A stretch of DNA of 64,000 nt, taken from assembly GCA_963823665.1 (NCBI GenBank), contig CAWGMQ010000004.1, positions 320,001 through 384,000 of the forward strand. The letters are read 5' to 3'. The notes below the pieces were generated by a model. The model was not told where the DNA came from, ran no database searches, and saw only the letters and a list, made by a program, of their open reading frames with translations. The translations under genes and the position numbers were made by a program. How positions within the stretch are numbered: the stretch's first letter is position 1; the number at the start of each line of letters is the position of its first letter. The stretch comes from an uncultured Planctomycetota bacterium. GTDB lineage: Bacteria > Planctomycetota > Planctomycetia > Isosphaerales > Isosphaeraceae. Shown here in pieces: positions 52,872-64,000 of this stretch.

Positions 52872-55593
52872 CTACGGAGCCGCCCGCGGCGCGGCGAAGG
52901 GACCGGGAGCGGCCGGTGGTGCTGCGGGGACAGGGACTCCGGGTCGATCAGGTGCGGCTGCGCCTCCCCCTGCCGGGACTGGTGTGATGTCTGGGTCGTC
53001 TTCGAGAGGGGCCCTTCCTGCGTCGGGAGGCTGGTTGGGTTTCCCGCCGGGCTCGACGTCGATGTAGAACGTGCTGTCGGAAGGAACTCCGCGCGAGAGG
53101 TCGGGGATTCGTGCGGGAATGGTGAGGCTGAAGGCGGGTGCGGATTGGGCATGTCGAAGGGCGATGTCGATGGCGGTCGGGTCGTTTTCATTGGTCCATA
53201 CCCCGTTCGAGTCGATGTCCATCAGATCAAAGTCGCGATAAAGGCTCAATCGGTTTGTCTCGTAGAGGACCCAGGTCGAGATCAGCGCGTTACGAGCAGA
53301 TAGCACACTGTTGAGCGCGGTCAAAAGGCTAAGAGTGGCGGATTGGTTTACGTCCAAAGGCACCCGCACCTCTTCCTCGGCGGATTCGAGCTGCGTCGCC
53401 GCGGAAAGGATCTGCTCGCGATTGACCTCAAAAGTGCGTTGCCAGAGCACGAGACTGCGCATGTCGAGGCGGATCTGCTGGACGATCTCGTCCCGATTCA
53501 GCATATAATTACGGCGCACCCGCTGGTAAGTGATCTGATCGCCACGATACTGGTTCCGTTCCACCCGGCGGTTGATCGGCGCATCGAACTGTAAGCCGAA
53601 CGTCTGAACATTGTTGCCGGCGTCGAAGTGGAACAGTCCGTTGTGGTTCGGTGATTCGTTGAAATTGCCGTTGTAGACGAAATTCAAGAAGCCCTGGAGC
53701 TGATTGGCGTCGACTTCGACGTTACGCCAGGCGTCGGTCACGAGCGCGAGCGAGTTTTGAAGATCGAGTCGATTGCCCAGCGCAATCTGAATTGCCTGAT
53801 TCACCGTCAGATCGACTGGAGGAAGCTTGATCAAGAACACGCGGATTCGAGTCTGGGTGACCGAGACGGCAGAAAAATCGGCGCGGAACTCCTTGCCAAC
53901 CAGGTCGCGGAGTTTCGTTGTCGCCTCTTTTGAAACCGCAGTTGGGAGAGCGGCTAGAAAAGCAGCCGCGCTTGCCTGGTCGTCATCGATGTCTTTGTTG
54001 GTTTCCGCGAGCGTGGTTTTGAGCCTGGCCAGCAAGGCGCGCTCGCGGTCAAAGACCTCTTTCTTGTGAGGCCCTTCCGGGCCTTCAAAGCCCGCCTTTT
54101 CGTCGGCCGCGAGCTTTTCCTGCCATTGCTGCGATTCGCCGACGACCTGGTCGTGAACGGCTTCGAGCTCGTCGTACATCTTCAAAAGCTGGCGGGTGAC
54201 GTCGGTTAGCTCGGCGATGGGCGGCTCGTCGTTTTGCACAAGCCGGAGTTGCAGCGCCTCCGTGCGGGTGCGCAAGTCGTCCAGGCGCTCGTCGTTGAGC
54301 TCGAACTGATCCAGCGGGGAATCGTCAATTCGCACCTCGACCTCAGTCGGCAGCCCGAGATTGATCTTGAAGCCGTCGAGCGAGGTCATCAGACCAGCCT
54401 GCGCCGACAGGAGCGCGGCCTGCGTGCTTTGATACGTGAACGCAATCTGCGAGACATCGAGTGCGCTCTTCGATCTCGGAAACTCGGCCTCGAGCAACGT
54501 GAGACTCTGCCTGGCAGACTTGACGTTCTTCTCCAGATTGCGAATGTTCTGAAGCTGATTGAGCAGGGCAAGATAGCCGGTCGACGCCGCATATGTGGAG
54601 TAAAAAGATGATCCGCCGGAGCCGGTCACCAGACTGACATAGAACTCGCGCCGGAATTGGGCAAAAGTACGCAGGTTGTAAAGGACGTTGCGTTCCTGCA
54701 GCGACAAATTCTGGGTGACGATCCTCGCCCAGGCCCCGCGCAAGAGAGGCTGGACGAAGTTGACAGTCAAATTCGGGCTGACCACCTGCACGCCCTTGTT
54801 CGAGTATTCGAACACGATGCTGTTGGCCATATTGACCAGGAGCTGGCCGCCCGACATCAGATTCAGGAGGAACCCGTTGGCCGCGGCGAGCTGAAGCTGA
54901 TTGTTCAGGTTCGGCTGGACAAGTGCAGGCGTCGCCGCGTCGGTTACGCCTGACACGCCGCCGGATGAGATCGTGCCGTAGGTGGTCGTCGGCGTGTTCG
55001 AAACAACTCCGTCGGCCGTCAAAGGCGAAAAGAACGCGCCCCAGTTGCTGTAGCCCTGAATCATGAACTGGAACCGCGACAGCGTGAGCGAGAGCGCCGA
55101 CAGATAAACATTTTCAAACGCAAACTGATAATCCCGGCTGTTCACCATGGCGATCCGCATGATCGAGTCTTTGCTGAGCAGCACCTTGCCGTCGGACTCG
55201 AGCGGAACGTAAGGCTGCCAGGAGAGGTCTTCGATCGGCGTCGTGCCGCGGTTCTTCCAGCCTCGGAATTCGAACGGAAACCGCGACGAGAACCTGAAAC
55301 CGCCGCGCCGCAACCTCGTCGGTCACGAGCGGCACGTGATTGGGGTCGTTAAGATCGGCCATTCGCGAGATAGGAGGTGCCTCGACCGGCCGCTCGGGAA
55401 CCTTCCATCGCCAGTCGAACAGCCGCTCCTTGAGGATGTTGTAGACGTCGTTATCGGCGTAGTTGTGGTAATACGCGCGCGTACAACCGCCCGTGGCCAC
55501 GAACGCGGCAAGCGCCACGAGTGGCCAATTCCAGAGCGATCTCGATCGGGAGCGCTCGCGCAGCTTCCCGACTGCACGTGGAGTCGCCTGCAT
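52872..55593 (-). CDS. TolC-family outer-membrane efflux protein (large planctomycete type); frameshift ~55310
   Basis: Lipobox ATGGC; NSRDYQ...YLSALSL, QPLLRG, IALGNRLDL, FDAPINR; co-oriented with the MFP and permease. Confidence 0.8.
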
Positions 55594-55633
55594 CCTGTTC
55601 CTGTCTGGTCGAGCTTGTGGGCGCGGCCCCCGC

Positions 55634-55702
55634 AGGGAGGTTAACCTCCCTATTCTGACAGAGATGACGAGGCGATTCTATCGCAAAATGACAATTGTAC
55701 AA
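55634..55702 (-). promoter_or_regulatory. Putative promoter TTGTAC-16-TAGAAT followed by the perfect palindrome AGGGAGGTTAACCTCCCT (55634-55651)
   Basis: Seen directly upstream of the TolC operon start. Confidence 0.5.
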
Positions 55703-55882
55703 GACGAGTCCCAACGCCTACCGGCGCGATTCGGTATCGGAACAGCGGCGACCGTCACGCAGGCGAGGTCTGGTACACCGTAAGCCGTGCGAAATCAAGA
55801 TGTTGCGCCAGCCAGACAAGGCTGCCATCGGCCTGTTCAAACGAGACAAGGGTAGGGTCACGCGCACGATGGATCGTAGCAA

Positions 55883-55946
55883 GTAGGGTGGGTGCAACCC
55901 AACGGCCGTACTGTGATGTCGGATGGTGGGTTGCACCCACCCTACG
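55883..55946. repeat. REP-like inverted doublet (GTAGGGTGGGTGCAACCCA ... GGTGGGTTGCACCCACCCTACG)
   Basis: Same unit as 34983-35131. Confidence 0.8.
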
Positions 55947-56010
55947 GAGACGCCCGGCTGGGGGATTTCACTCGAACGGTGTACGTTTGCCGGCACGCGC
56001 CAACGATCGA

Positions 56011-57307
56011 TCAGGGCTTCTGGCTTCCTTGCCCCGCGACACGAGCGGCCGGACCGAGGCGGGACAACGCCTTCTGCGCCTCCGAATCGAGCGGGTCGCC
56101 CGCGATCGCCAGTCCGAGCCACGCGCGCGCCTCGCTGTCGCGGTGGAGCGCGGCGCAGGTAACGCCGAAGTCACGCATGAGGTTCAAGTTTTCCTTCGCG
56201 CCTTCGGCGTGAGCGCGCTGGAGCAGCGTATTGAGCCGGGCGAGCTTGGCCGAGGTTTCCTTGAATGCCGTAGCTTCCGCCTCGTTCCCGTTTAGCCAGA
56301 AAGCGACGCGCAAGCCGTTGAGCGTCTCCGAATCGTCGGGGTCGGCGGCGTACGCGAGCCGGAAGTCGCGCAAGGCCACCGCCACATCACGGATCGCGAG
56401 TGCTTTGCGGCCGCGTAGCCGTGCCAAAGTGGGATTGTCAGCCGGCCCCGCCGCGAGCAGCCTGTCGGCTTCCTTGCCATCTTCGAGGTCGAGCGCGAGC
56501 TGCGCCGGATCGCCAGGGCTTCCGGATCGTCGGTGGGCAGCACACTGAGTGTCTGTAGCGATGGCACGCTTCGCCCCATTCGGCGAAAAACATCCGCCAG
56601 CGCCAGCCTTGACCAGCGGTCTTCCGGGTCCGCTTCGACAAATCGAAACAGCTCCTCGGCAACATCTCCGGGTTCCCAGAGATTGTTTCGCACCGACGTC
56701 CAGTGGTAGACGTCGTCGAACGAAAGGGTGGTCAATCGCGCAAGCACCTCAAACTCGCGATTGAATTCGGCCCGCCGGACCTGGATTCCATAGATGCGGA
56801 TCAACTCGCGGTGTGCCAGCGCAAGGGAAGGGTCGAGACGGACCGCATCCCGAAAGGCTCGCTCCGCGTATCGCACCCGGTTGCGACGGCGCTCGATCTG
56901 TCCGGCGATGAGATGTGCTTCCGCGGCGATGGGATGGTCGTCCGGCACGTTCTCCAGATCGGCGAGTGCAAGCGCCAGGTGATCTTTGATTGCCGCCAGC
57001 TCCGCCCGCAGGAACCAGTCCGCCGGCGTCGGCCGGCGGAGCTGGCTGAGTCGTTCCAGGTCGGCCGCGACCGCTTCGTAACGCCCGGCCCGGAAACTCG
57101 CCTGCGCCCGCTGCCAGATCTCGTCGGGGTTTGCCGGCTTGACTTGGACCTTCCAAAGCGCCCAAGCCGCGATTGCCAGGATCAGCGCACCGAAGCCGGA
57201 AAGAACCAGCCAGGTGCGCCTGCGTGGCGACGACCCCGGCTTTGAGACGTTGCGCCAGTGCTGCCCGCGCGCGTGTTTGGCCGAGACTTTGCAGGTTGCC
57301 GGCCCAT
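56011..57307 (-). CDS. Membrane-anchored TPR repeat protein (frameshifted; start approximate)
   Basis: TM WLVLSGFGALILAIAAW; TPRs AERAFRDAVRLDP, EARAWLGLAIAGDP. Confidence 0.75.
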
Positions 57308-57457
57308 GAATGGCTCACGACCCAAGCCGTTATCGATCTGCAATCACTCGGCAAAAGGCGAAACGACGCGCGACAGACCCGACTCGCGCAGAGATTCGCA
57401 GCGCGGAGCTTCGCCTCAAGACTCCACCGATCTCGTGCGTTGTCGCGTCAAATGTGC

Positions 57458-57494
57458 AAAAAGAGAGAGCCAAGGCATGTGCCTTGGCTCTCTC
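57458..57494 (-). terminator. Rho-independent terminator after the DUF1559 gene
   Basis: GAGAGAGCCAAGGCA / TGCCTTGGCTCTCTC inverted repeat followed by T5 on the minus strand. Confidence 0.8.
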
Positions 57495-57545
57495 GAACCG
57501 GATTTAGCTTGCGCTCGAACGCGGTGTTCGAGCCAGGCGCATTTC

Positions 57546-58670
57546 TCAGTACTGGTCAGAGCTGACAACTTCGCCGCCGTTACGCGTCGAGAGCTGCTGC
57601 AGCACGCCGATTGCCGTCTTCAGGCCGATCGCGTAGGTGAGGGTGTCCGGACTGCCTGCCGTGACACCGAACGGCATGCACGTGGTCGACGGGCTGCCCG
57701 GCGTTCCGATCGTCGAGGGATTGATCTGCCAACTCGAGATGGAGTCTTTGATGAACTTGACAGAACCATCCGCGAAGGCGACGTTGGCACCGCCAGGGTG
57801 GAAGCTGCCGATTGACGAGACGAATTCATCGGGGCCGGTCGTGCCGGCGCACACCGGACCGAGGACCACGTTGAACGGCGGCCGTTGCCACACGTTGATC
57901 CCGTAGAGCGTGCAGAACATGGTGTCGCCGTAGTTGCCGGAGGTCCACCAGTTCCAGCAGTAGACGTCGCCGGCGGGGAAGCGTCCGTGGCCACGTTCTG
58001 CGGCCAGAAACGTATTGCTCGTTCCGTCGGTGACGGCGGCGAGACTGACGTGGCTCAGGTAGTAGACGAGCCCGTTCATCTGCTGTTCGCCCGGCGCGGC
58101 GTCGGCTGTGGCCTGGCAGTTCGCCTGGATGACGGCGTTCGTCTGGTCCATGATGAAGAACTCGCCGGAGTTCATGCCGTAGGACGTGTACCGCATCGGC
58201 AGGGCTCCGCCGTTCAGGTTGCCCGTGGGATATGTGTAGGGGTCAGCCACGCGAGGATCGCTTGGGCACCACAACATGGCGATGCCCACACCCGAGCACG
58301 TGGTGTTGGCGGCATTGTACATGTTCTGGCTGAAATTGGCCGAGTTGAAAACCACGCCCTGTTCAAAGTAGCCCGACATGGCGATGAGGCAGCTTCCGCT
58401 CGTCCAGCAATAGGTGCTGACCGGGTCTTTCTGCCACTGAATTCCCTGGGGGAAAACGTTGTTGGCCGAAAGGTAGTTATGAGTGGCCAGCCCAATTTGC
58501 TTCAGGTTATTGATGCACTGGGCGCGGCGAGCTGCTTCCCGCGCGGATTGAACCGCCGGCAGGAGCAGCGCGATCAAAACGGCGATGATCGCGATGACCA
58601 CGAGTAGCTCGATGAGGGTGAAGCCACGCGGCTTCATCCGACGACGAATGGGACTGATCATTGAGTTCAC
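57546..58670 (-). CDS. DUF1559 prepilin-type N-terminal cleavage/methylation protein
   Basis: [54 protein letters not shown] (H-X9-DG). Confidence 0.95.
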   Translation of the reverse strand: MNSMISPIRRRMKPRGFTLIELLVVIAIIAVLIALLLPAVQSAREAARRAQCINNLKQIGLATHNYLSANNVFPQGIQWQKDPVSTYCWTSGSCLIAMSGYFEQGVVFNSANFSQNMYNAANTTCSGVGIAMLWCPSDPRVADPYTYPTGNLNGGALPMRYTSYGMNSGEFFIMDQTNAVIQANCQATADAAPGEQQMNGLVYYLSHVSLAAVTDGTSNTFLAAERGHGRFPAGDVYCWNWWTSGNYGDTMFCTLYGINVWQRPPFNVVLGPVCAGTTGPDEFVSSIGSFHPGGANVAFADGSVKFIKDSISSWQINPSTIGTPGSPSTTCMPFGVTAGSPDTLTYAIGLKTAIGVLQQLSTRNGGEVVSSDQY

Positions 58671-58727
58671 TCCTCGAAAAGAACGATCGGGTAAAACGTT
58701 GAAAAACAGGTCAAGAATTGGCTGTGC

Positions 58728-59021
58728 TCACTGTGGTTTAGCGTCCCCGGCTGGCGCGACATTCGCACCGTTGCCGCCTTTAAAACTGCCCTTCACGACG
58801 GCTCCGCCCTTACCCCCCTTGTTTTTTTTGAGCTGCTCGTTGGCTGCTTGCTCTGTTTTGTTGATGTTATCCGCAGTCGTTGCAGCTTGCTGCTTCGCCT
58901 CGGGACTCGTCGGGTCGGCCGCAGAGTCGCACCCGGCGATCAACGCGACGGTGAATACCAGGCCAAGCGACGTCAGCCCGACGGCCAGCTTGGACACGCT
59001 ACGAAGAAGATGATGACACAT
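58728..59021 (-). CDS. Small lipoprotein upstream of DUF1559
   Basis: Hydrophobic core with lipobox IAGC; GGAG RBS. Confidence 0.7.
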   Translation of the reverse strand: MCHHLLRSVSKLAVGLTSLGLVFTVALIAGCDSAADPTSPEAKQQAATTADNINKTEQAANEQLKKNKGGKGGAVVKGSFKGGNGANVAPAGDAKPQ

Positions 59022-59546
59022 GAAAGTACAGTCTCCAAAGAAAAGTTCGCGCCCTGGTGGTGTGGTGCGATTAAGCCCAGCAGCGAAACCGGCACGCCGA
59101 ATCAAATCACGTCACTGCGGTCAAACTCTGACCGGCACACGGCCGCGAACTGAGAGTTACGTTTGAGTCGGTCCGGTCGCTCGTTCGACCTCCTTTGACT
59201 CACATTGGACGTGCAACCGTGCCTCCAACGTCGTCAGGTGTTGCCGAGCAAAGCGCCGGGGAGTCACGCAGAGAAGCTGCTAACCAACGATCGGATGACG
59301 AATTCGTGGTTATTCAAAATATCTGCTATGAAGCACTCGAGTCAATAGTCTAGTGGCACCCTACTCGGATTCCTCACGCAAACCAGGTACCATCATCGTA
59401 CTAACTAGGACTCGAATAGCTCTAACCTGTTGCCATCACAGGAAAGAAACTCACGACTTTCTAGAACATTTGTTAATCCCGCTTGCAACGGGCTCGCCTT
59501 GCAACGCCTGCAGATTGGGCATGCCCGCACAAAGATCGAACACGAT

Positions 59547-61157
59547 TTACTTTTGACCGAGCGCTTCAAGCGCCTTGGTCGCGGCCTTGTGGACGTTTGG
59601 ATCGGGGTCGTTTTTGAGCGCCTCGATCTCCGGAGCGGCGCCCGCCGCCTTGGGACCGAGCTCTTCAATTGCTTCGACCACTGCGATTCGCGATGATTTC
59701 GACCCGGACCGAAGCGATTCCTTGAGCGCGTTCAAGACTGTTTTCGATGACGACGCATCCGCGGCGATCGAGCTGAGAGCCCTCGTCGCGGCATCGGCGT
59801 CGCTTCTCGCGGTCATGCTCGTTCCGTCAGCGGACTCCTCAAGCATCTTGACCAGGCCGGTGATCGCCGGTGCGGCTGTCGCGCCGAACTTTCCCAGGGC
59901 GTCGGCTGCCGACGCGCGACGCTGGCGGGCCGCGCCCCGCACAACCCGCGAGAGTGCGGCAACGGCCTGCGCTGCCAGTGGTGAGCCCGGCACGATTTCG
60001 CCCAGTGCCTTGGCGGCTTCGTGGGCCGGGCCGGTGAACGTGGTTTGAGCCGAGCGCCCTCCTCCAACAGTCGTGCTGTCACTGCTCAAAGGCTCATCCA
60101 GCACCGCGATCAACCGGGGGACCGCGTCTTTCGCCTGAGAGCCGAACCGTGCCAGCATCGCGATGACATGCATCCGAACCTGGCGATCGGGGCTACCGAT
60201 GCCCTCGACGAGCGCGGGGATCGCCGCGGGCGAGATCGCCGATTTCTTGATCTGGCGCAGGGCTCCGACACTCGCCTGATGAACGGTTGGATCGCTCTCT
60301 GAGGCCATCCGGATCAAGGTCGGCACAACTGGGTCCAACCCGCGCTCGAAGCTCGGAAGCGCCTTTCCTGCCTCCGCGCGAACCACCGCAGTTCGATCCT
60401 TGAGCGCAGCGATGAGCTGCGGCGGCGGTTCCGGCGAGACCTTCGGGCCGGCGGAGCCGAGCGCGGTGGCGGCCGCTGAGCGGACGGTGTCATCGCTGTC
60501 GCCCAAGGCTGCGATGAGTGCGTCCACGATGGGTTTGTACTCCACGGGTGACTTGGCCGGCGCCGACGGTTTGCTCGAACTGTCTCCACCACCTTTCTTC
60601 GACGCGGCCCTCGAGCCCGGCGGCCGGGGTGACGTCGCCGCGATGTTGCCGAGTGCGGCGGCGGCCGACGCGCGGACAGTGCCCTCATCGTCCTTCGCCA
60701 GCAAAGAGATCAGTGCGTCGATTGCACCATCGACCAGTCCGCCATCGGAACCCGCGGCGGCAACTCCGGACATCTGCGCCCAAACGGCATAGGAGCCGAG
60801 CAGTCCCAGCGATTCCGCTGCCTGGGCGCGAACCAACGGCTCCTTATCACGCAGAACCTGCAGCACCGCGGGAATCGACCTTTCGCTCTCGGACAGACCG
60901 CTCTGCGCAACCTCACGTATCGCCTGCACACGCGCTGCCGGATCGCCCGATTGCAAGGCCTGGAGCGCGACGCCGCCTGCAGGTGCCGGGCTCTCCGCTG
61001 GCGCGCGCAGCAGCCAGACCGCGATCAGCACGCACGCCCCGACGCCAACGACGGCCAGGACCGAGTTACGAAGAACACCACTGTTCGAACGCGGCGCCTC
61101 ACCGGGACGCATCCCGGCCCTGGTTCCGCCATCGCCACCTTCGCTCCTATTCATCAA
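59547..61157 (-). CDS. Membrane-anchored HEAT-repeat protein
   Basis: Repeated LxDxxxxVRxxAAxALG motifs after an N-terminal TM segment. Confidence 0.88.
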   Translation of the reverse strand: MMNRSEGGDGGTRAGMRPGEAPRSNSGVLRNSVLAVVGVGACVLIAVWLLRAPAESPAPAGGVALQALQSGDPAARVQAIREVAQSGLSESERSIPAVLQVLRDKEPLVRAQAAESLGLLGSYAVWAQMSGVAAAGSDGGLVDGAIDALISLLAKDDEGTVRASAAAALGNIAATSPRPPGSRAASKKGGGDSSSKPSAPAKSPVEYKPIVDALIAALGDSDDTVRSAAATALGSAGPKVSPEPPPQLIAALKDRTAVVRAEAGKALPSFERGLDPVVPTLIRMASESDPTVHQASVGALRQIKKSAISPAAIPALVEGIGSPDRQVRMHVIAMLARFGSQAKDAVPRLIAVLDEPLSSDSTTVGGGRSAQTTFTGPAHEAAKALGEIVPGSPLAAQAVAALSRVVRGAARQRRASAADALGKFGATAAPAITGLVKMLEESADGTSMTARSDADAATRALSSIAADASSSKTVLNALKESLRSGSKSSRIAVVEAIEELGPKAAGAAPEIEALKNDPDPNVHKAATKALEALGQK

Positions 61158-61306
61158 ACAACCCTCTCAGGTTCGGCGCGTTCTGCAACCGGCAGATAAG
61201 AAATGGAAAAGTACCAAGGCAGTTGAGAGTGGGTATTTTATGCGCTTGCCGCTGGCGATGCCAGATGACGGCGTGCTCACGGCCTGGCCAGGAGAGCCGG
61301 CACGGC

Positions 61307-62589
61307 TCAATTCCGCGAGTTCTCTGGACGGACTTGGTGCTCGTCTCGAGCAAGCTTGCCGTCGAGGTTGAACAACCGTTTCTGCACGTCTGCGGCCAAC
61401 GGATCGCGCGCCAGCGCCAGCCGATACCACCCCTGCGCCTCGGCAAGGCGCCCCAGTGCCAGGCAGGCGTCGCCGATCGAGCTCGAACACCTTGGGGTCA
61501 TCATGCTCTCTCGATGCACGGGCGTTCTGGATCAGCCAATCAAGGTGGTCGCGGGCTCGAGCCGCTTCGAGGTAGGGGGCAGCCTCATTGGCGCGGCCGG
61601 ACGCGCGGAGCGACTGGCCCAGGCCGAACAGGGTGTCGCGGTCGTCAGGCTCTTCGGCGAGTGCCGCCCGAAAATGGCTCACGGCGGTGATATCGCCACG
61701 TCCCAGTGCCAGCCGGCCGCACAGTCGCGCAAGCGCCGGGTGACCGGAGGGGCCCTCTGCCAGCAGACGATCGGCCAGTTCCACCGCGCCGCGGTCGATT
61801 GCCAGCCGGGCCCGTGCCGCACGGGCTACAGGGTCCTGGGCACTTAACGGAGCCAGCGACTCTTCGGCCTCGTCGACCCGGCCGAGCCGCCGCTGGTTCT
61901 CCGCGAGAGCCAGTCGCAGCGTTCGATCGCCGGGATCATTCGCCAACATCGACTGGAGCTTCGCCGCAAACTCCGCCGGGCCCAGGTCCTGGCGGCGTCC
62001 CAGGCACCATAGATAAAGGTCGTCGAACGTCAGCACGGTCGTCTTTGCCAGGCCACGGAATTGAGCGATCAGATCATTCCGTCGCCCCTCGATGGCATAC
62101 AGATCGACCAGCCCGCGGCGCGCCTCGGACAGAGTGCCGTTCTTGGCCACGGCCTGTAGCAGGGCCGCCTCGGCGGCCCCGGCCCGATCTCGAGCGAACT
62201 CGAGCAGTCCGCGGGCCTGGCAGATGGTAGCGATGTCGGGGTCGGCGTTGGTGACGCCGTCGAGCGCGGCGACCGCGTCGTCGAGCCTTCCCCGTTCCCT
62301 GGCGATCTGGGCGCGGAGCAGGCGCTCGGCGAGGGTCACACGGTGCTTGGTCCTCGAAAGTTCAGCGAGGGCTCGTTCTGCCAGATCGTGCGGCGCCGTT
62401 CGACCAGCAGGTGTGAGCGTATTGAATCATATCTTCAGCACTCTCCTGGCTCATCTGCGCCGGCTGACGGGTCAGCCACGCCCAGGCGCCGATCCCGGCG
62501 AGAGCCAGCACGACCAGCACGAGCCAGATTCGCCGCGCTCGGGCTTGTGCGACTCTGGGCTGCTCGTGAGCGGGCGGCGACTTGGTCAT
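61307..62589 (-). CDS. Membrane-anchored TPR protein, paralogue of 56011-57307; frameshifts ~62350 and ~61480
   Basis: TM IWLVLVVLALAGIGAWAW; LTFDDLYLW vs LSFDDVYHW; GWYRLALARDP. Confidence 0.75.
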
Positions 62590-64000
62590 TCCTTCGGTTC
62601 CCGGATCTCGTGCGACCGGCTGGTCGCAACCTTGTCGAGGCGGGTCAAGGCGCCCGATGGCCACTTGACCGTGACCCGGGCGAAGTCAGCCGGCGAGCCC
62701 AGGCCGATCAACAGCCGGGGATCGTGCGAGGACATCAGGCTGCTGCCCCCCTTGCGCAGGCGATGAATGGTGCGGCCGCCCGCTTCCACGATCACGGTCG
62801 CGCCGATCGCGTCGCGATTCGAGCGGGTGCCGACGAGCTTGAGCCGGATCCAGCAGCCTTGTTGCGGCGTGTCGTTGCGAAGAATCGCTGGTGGACCGTC
62901 TTTGTGGCTGATGACGATGTCCAGGTCGCCGTCTTCGTCCAGGTCGCCGCAGGCCAGGCCGTGGGCAACGTGGTTGGTCTCGAAGTAGGACCCCGCCCCT
63001 ACCGTGGCGAGCTGGAACCGCTTTCCGCCCAGGTTCCAATGCAGCAACGGAGGCTGGGCATAGCCCGACGGTTGACCGGGAAGCTGAGCGTTGTCGTCGA
63101 TATGGCCATTTGCGACCACAATATCGGGCCATCCGTCGCCGTCGAAATCGGCCAGAGCACACCCCCAGCCGATCCAGGGAAGACTGTCGACCGCCAACCC
63201 GAAAACTGCCGTCACGTCCAGAAAAGTGCCTGGCCGCAGGTTCTTGAACAGGGTGTTGTACTCCTCCTGGAAGTTGGTGACGAACAGCTCGGGCGCGCCA
63301 TCGCCATCCAGGTCTTCGGTGTCGACACCCATGCCTGCCGAAGTACGACCCTCGATGTTCAAGCCGGCGCCTGACTCGTCCGTCGCGTCGCGAAAGGTGC
63401 CGTCGCCGCGGTTCAAGAAGAGAAAGTTCGGGTCCTGATCGTTGGCGACGTAAAGGTCGACCCGGTTGTCGCCGTCCAGGTCGGCCGTGACAGCGCCGAA
63501 GCCGTGGCCAAGGGCGCGGTCGATACCGGCCAACCGGGTGGCGTCCGAGAACGTGTGATCGCCGTTGTTGCGAAACAGCACGTGCCGCACGGGCCGCAGC
63601 TCCTTGGGAGAACAATAGCGGCGGATCTTCCGTTTGGAATCGCCGCAGAACCGGTCGTCGCGCGGCCACTGCCAGTCGCCATAGCGGGTGACGTAGAGGT
63701 CGAGATCGCCGTCGTTGTCGAAATCCAGGAACGCTGCGCTCGACGACCAGGAATCGGGTGCGCGAACGCCGGCTTGCCCGCTGATGTCGCTGAAGGTGCC
63801 GTTGCCGTTATTAAGGAAGAGGGCATCGCCGCCGTAGTTGCAAAGGAATACGTCTTGATCGCCATCGTTGTCGATGTCACCGGTGATGACGCCGTGGCAG
63901 TAGCCGCGGAATCCCAGACCCGACCGCTCGGTGACGTCCTCAAACCGGCCACCGCCCGAATTGCGGTACAGGCGGTTGGCTACAGCGCGCGCCGGATCGA
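62586..64000 (-). CDS. CRTAC1-family FG-GAP repeat / ASPIC-UnbV protein (5' end beyond window; frameshift ~63590)
   Basis: DxDxDGxxD repeats; SNRDAIGATV...GGSSLMSSHDPRLLIGLG...VKWPSG. Confidence 0.92.
   Translation of the reverse strand, partial: DPARAVANRLYRNSGGGRFEDVTERSGLGFRGYCHGVITGDIDNDGDQDVFLCNYGGDALFLNNGNGTFSDISGQAGVRAPDSWSSSAAFLDFDNDGDLDLYVTRYGDWQWPRDDRFCGDSKRKIRRYCSPKELRPVRHVLFRNNGDHTFSDATRLAGIDRALGHGFGAVTADLDGDNRVDLYVANDQDPNFLFLNRGDGTFRDATDESGAGLNIEGRTSAGMGVDTEDLDGDGAPELFVTNFQEEYNTLFKNLRPGTFLDVTAVFGLAVDSLPWIGWGCALADFDGDGWPDIVVANGHIDDNAQLPGQPSGYAQPPLLHWNLGGKRFQLATVGAGSYFETNHVAHGLACGDLDEDGDLDIVISHKDGPPAILRNDTPQQGCWIRLKLVGTRSNRDAIGATVIVEAGGRTIHRLRKGGSSLMSSHDPRLLIGLGSPADFARVTVKWPSGALTRLDKVATSRSHEIREPKE

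Noticed and set aside
52850..53191. N-terminal extension of the MFP ORF
   Set aside because: Overlaps the 3' end of the TolC gene in another frame; the TM anchor begins near 52849.
59030..59540. Riboswitch or ncRNA in the long leader of the lipoprotein-DUF1559 operon
   Set aside because: No recognisable conserved motif by eye; an Rfam/Infernal scan would be needed.

Overview
GC-rich bacterial DNA, almost certainly from a planctomycete (Isosphaeraceae/Singulisphaera-like). Evidence: DUF4058, a DUF1559 prepilin-like protein, LExRxLL-type export signals, a CRTAC1/ASPIC-UnbV gene, a large ECF sigma fusion and a planctomycete kinase-type C-terminal tail. About 25 genes are split by single-base indels, mostly consistent with long-read error, but several genuine deletion scars also occur. 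Layout: (1) 1-17.6 kb is a decaying TetR-controlled detoxification island (SDRs, DUF302, MexEF-like RND pump, NmrA, SnoaL, aldo/keto reductases) with readable operators, and a PIN-toxin pair sits on the opposite strand inside the pump operon. (2) 17.7-34 kb is a cluster of uncharacterised surface/secreted proteins: a PGRS-like glycine-rich protein, a GT-C-like membrane protein, a 7x WGDG-repeat protein, a tandem winged-helix protein, and a ~1360-aa secreted protein facing a stand-alone copy of its own C-terminal domain. (3) 34-45 kb has two more PIN-type toxin-antitoxin modules, REP-like repeats, hldE, an NTase-HD protein, a kinase-less kinase tail and an ECF sigma fusion. (4) 45.5-55.6 kb has two ExbD/TolR-like coiled-coil proteins and a TolC-MFP-MacB-permease exporter with no ATPase gene. 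(5) 56-64 kb is a CRTAC1/TPR/HEAT/lipoprotein/DUF1559 cluster. No rRNA, tRNA, CRISPR or transposase was recognised. All family calls come from motif recognition by eye, not database searches.
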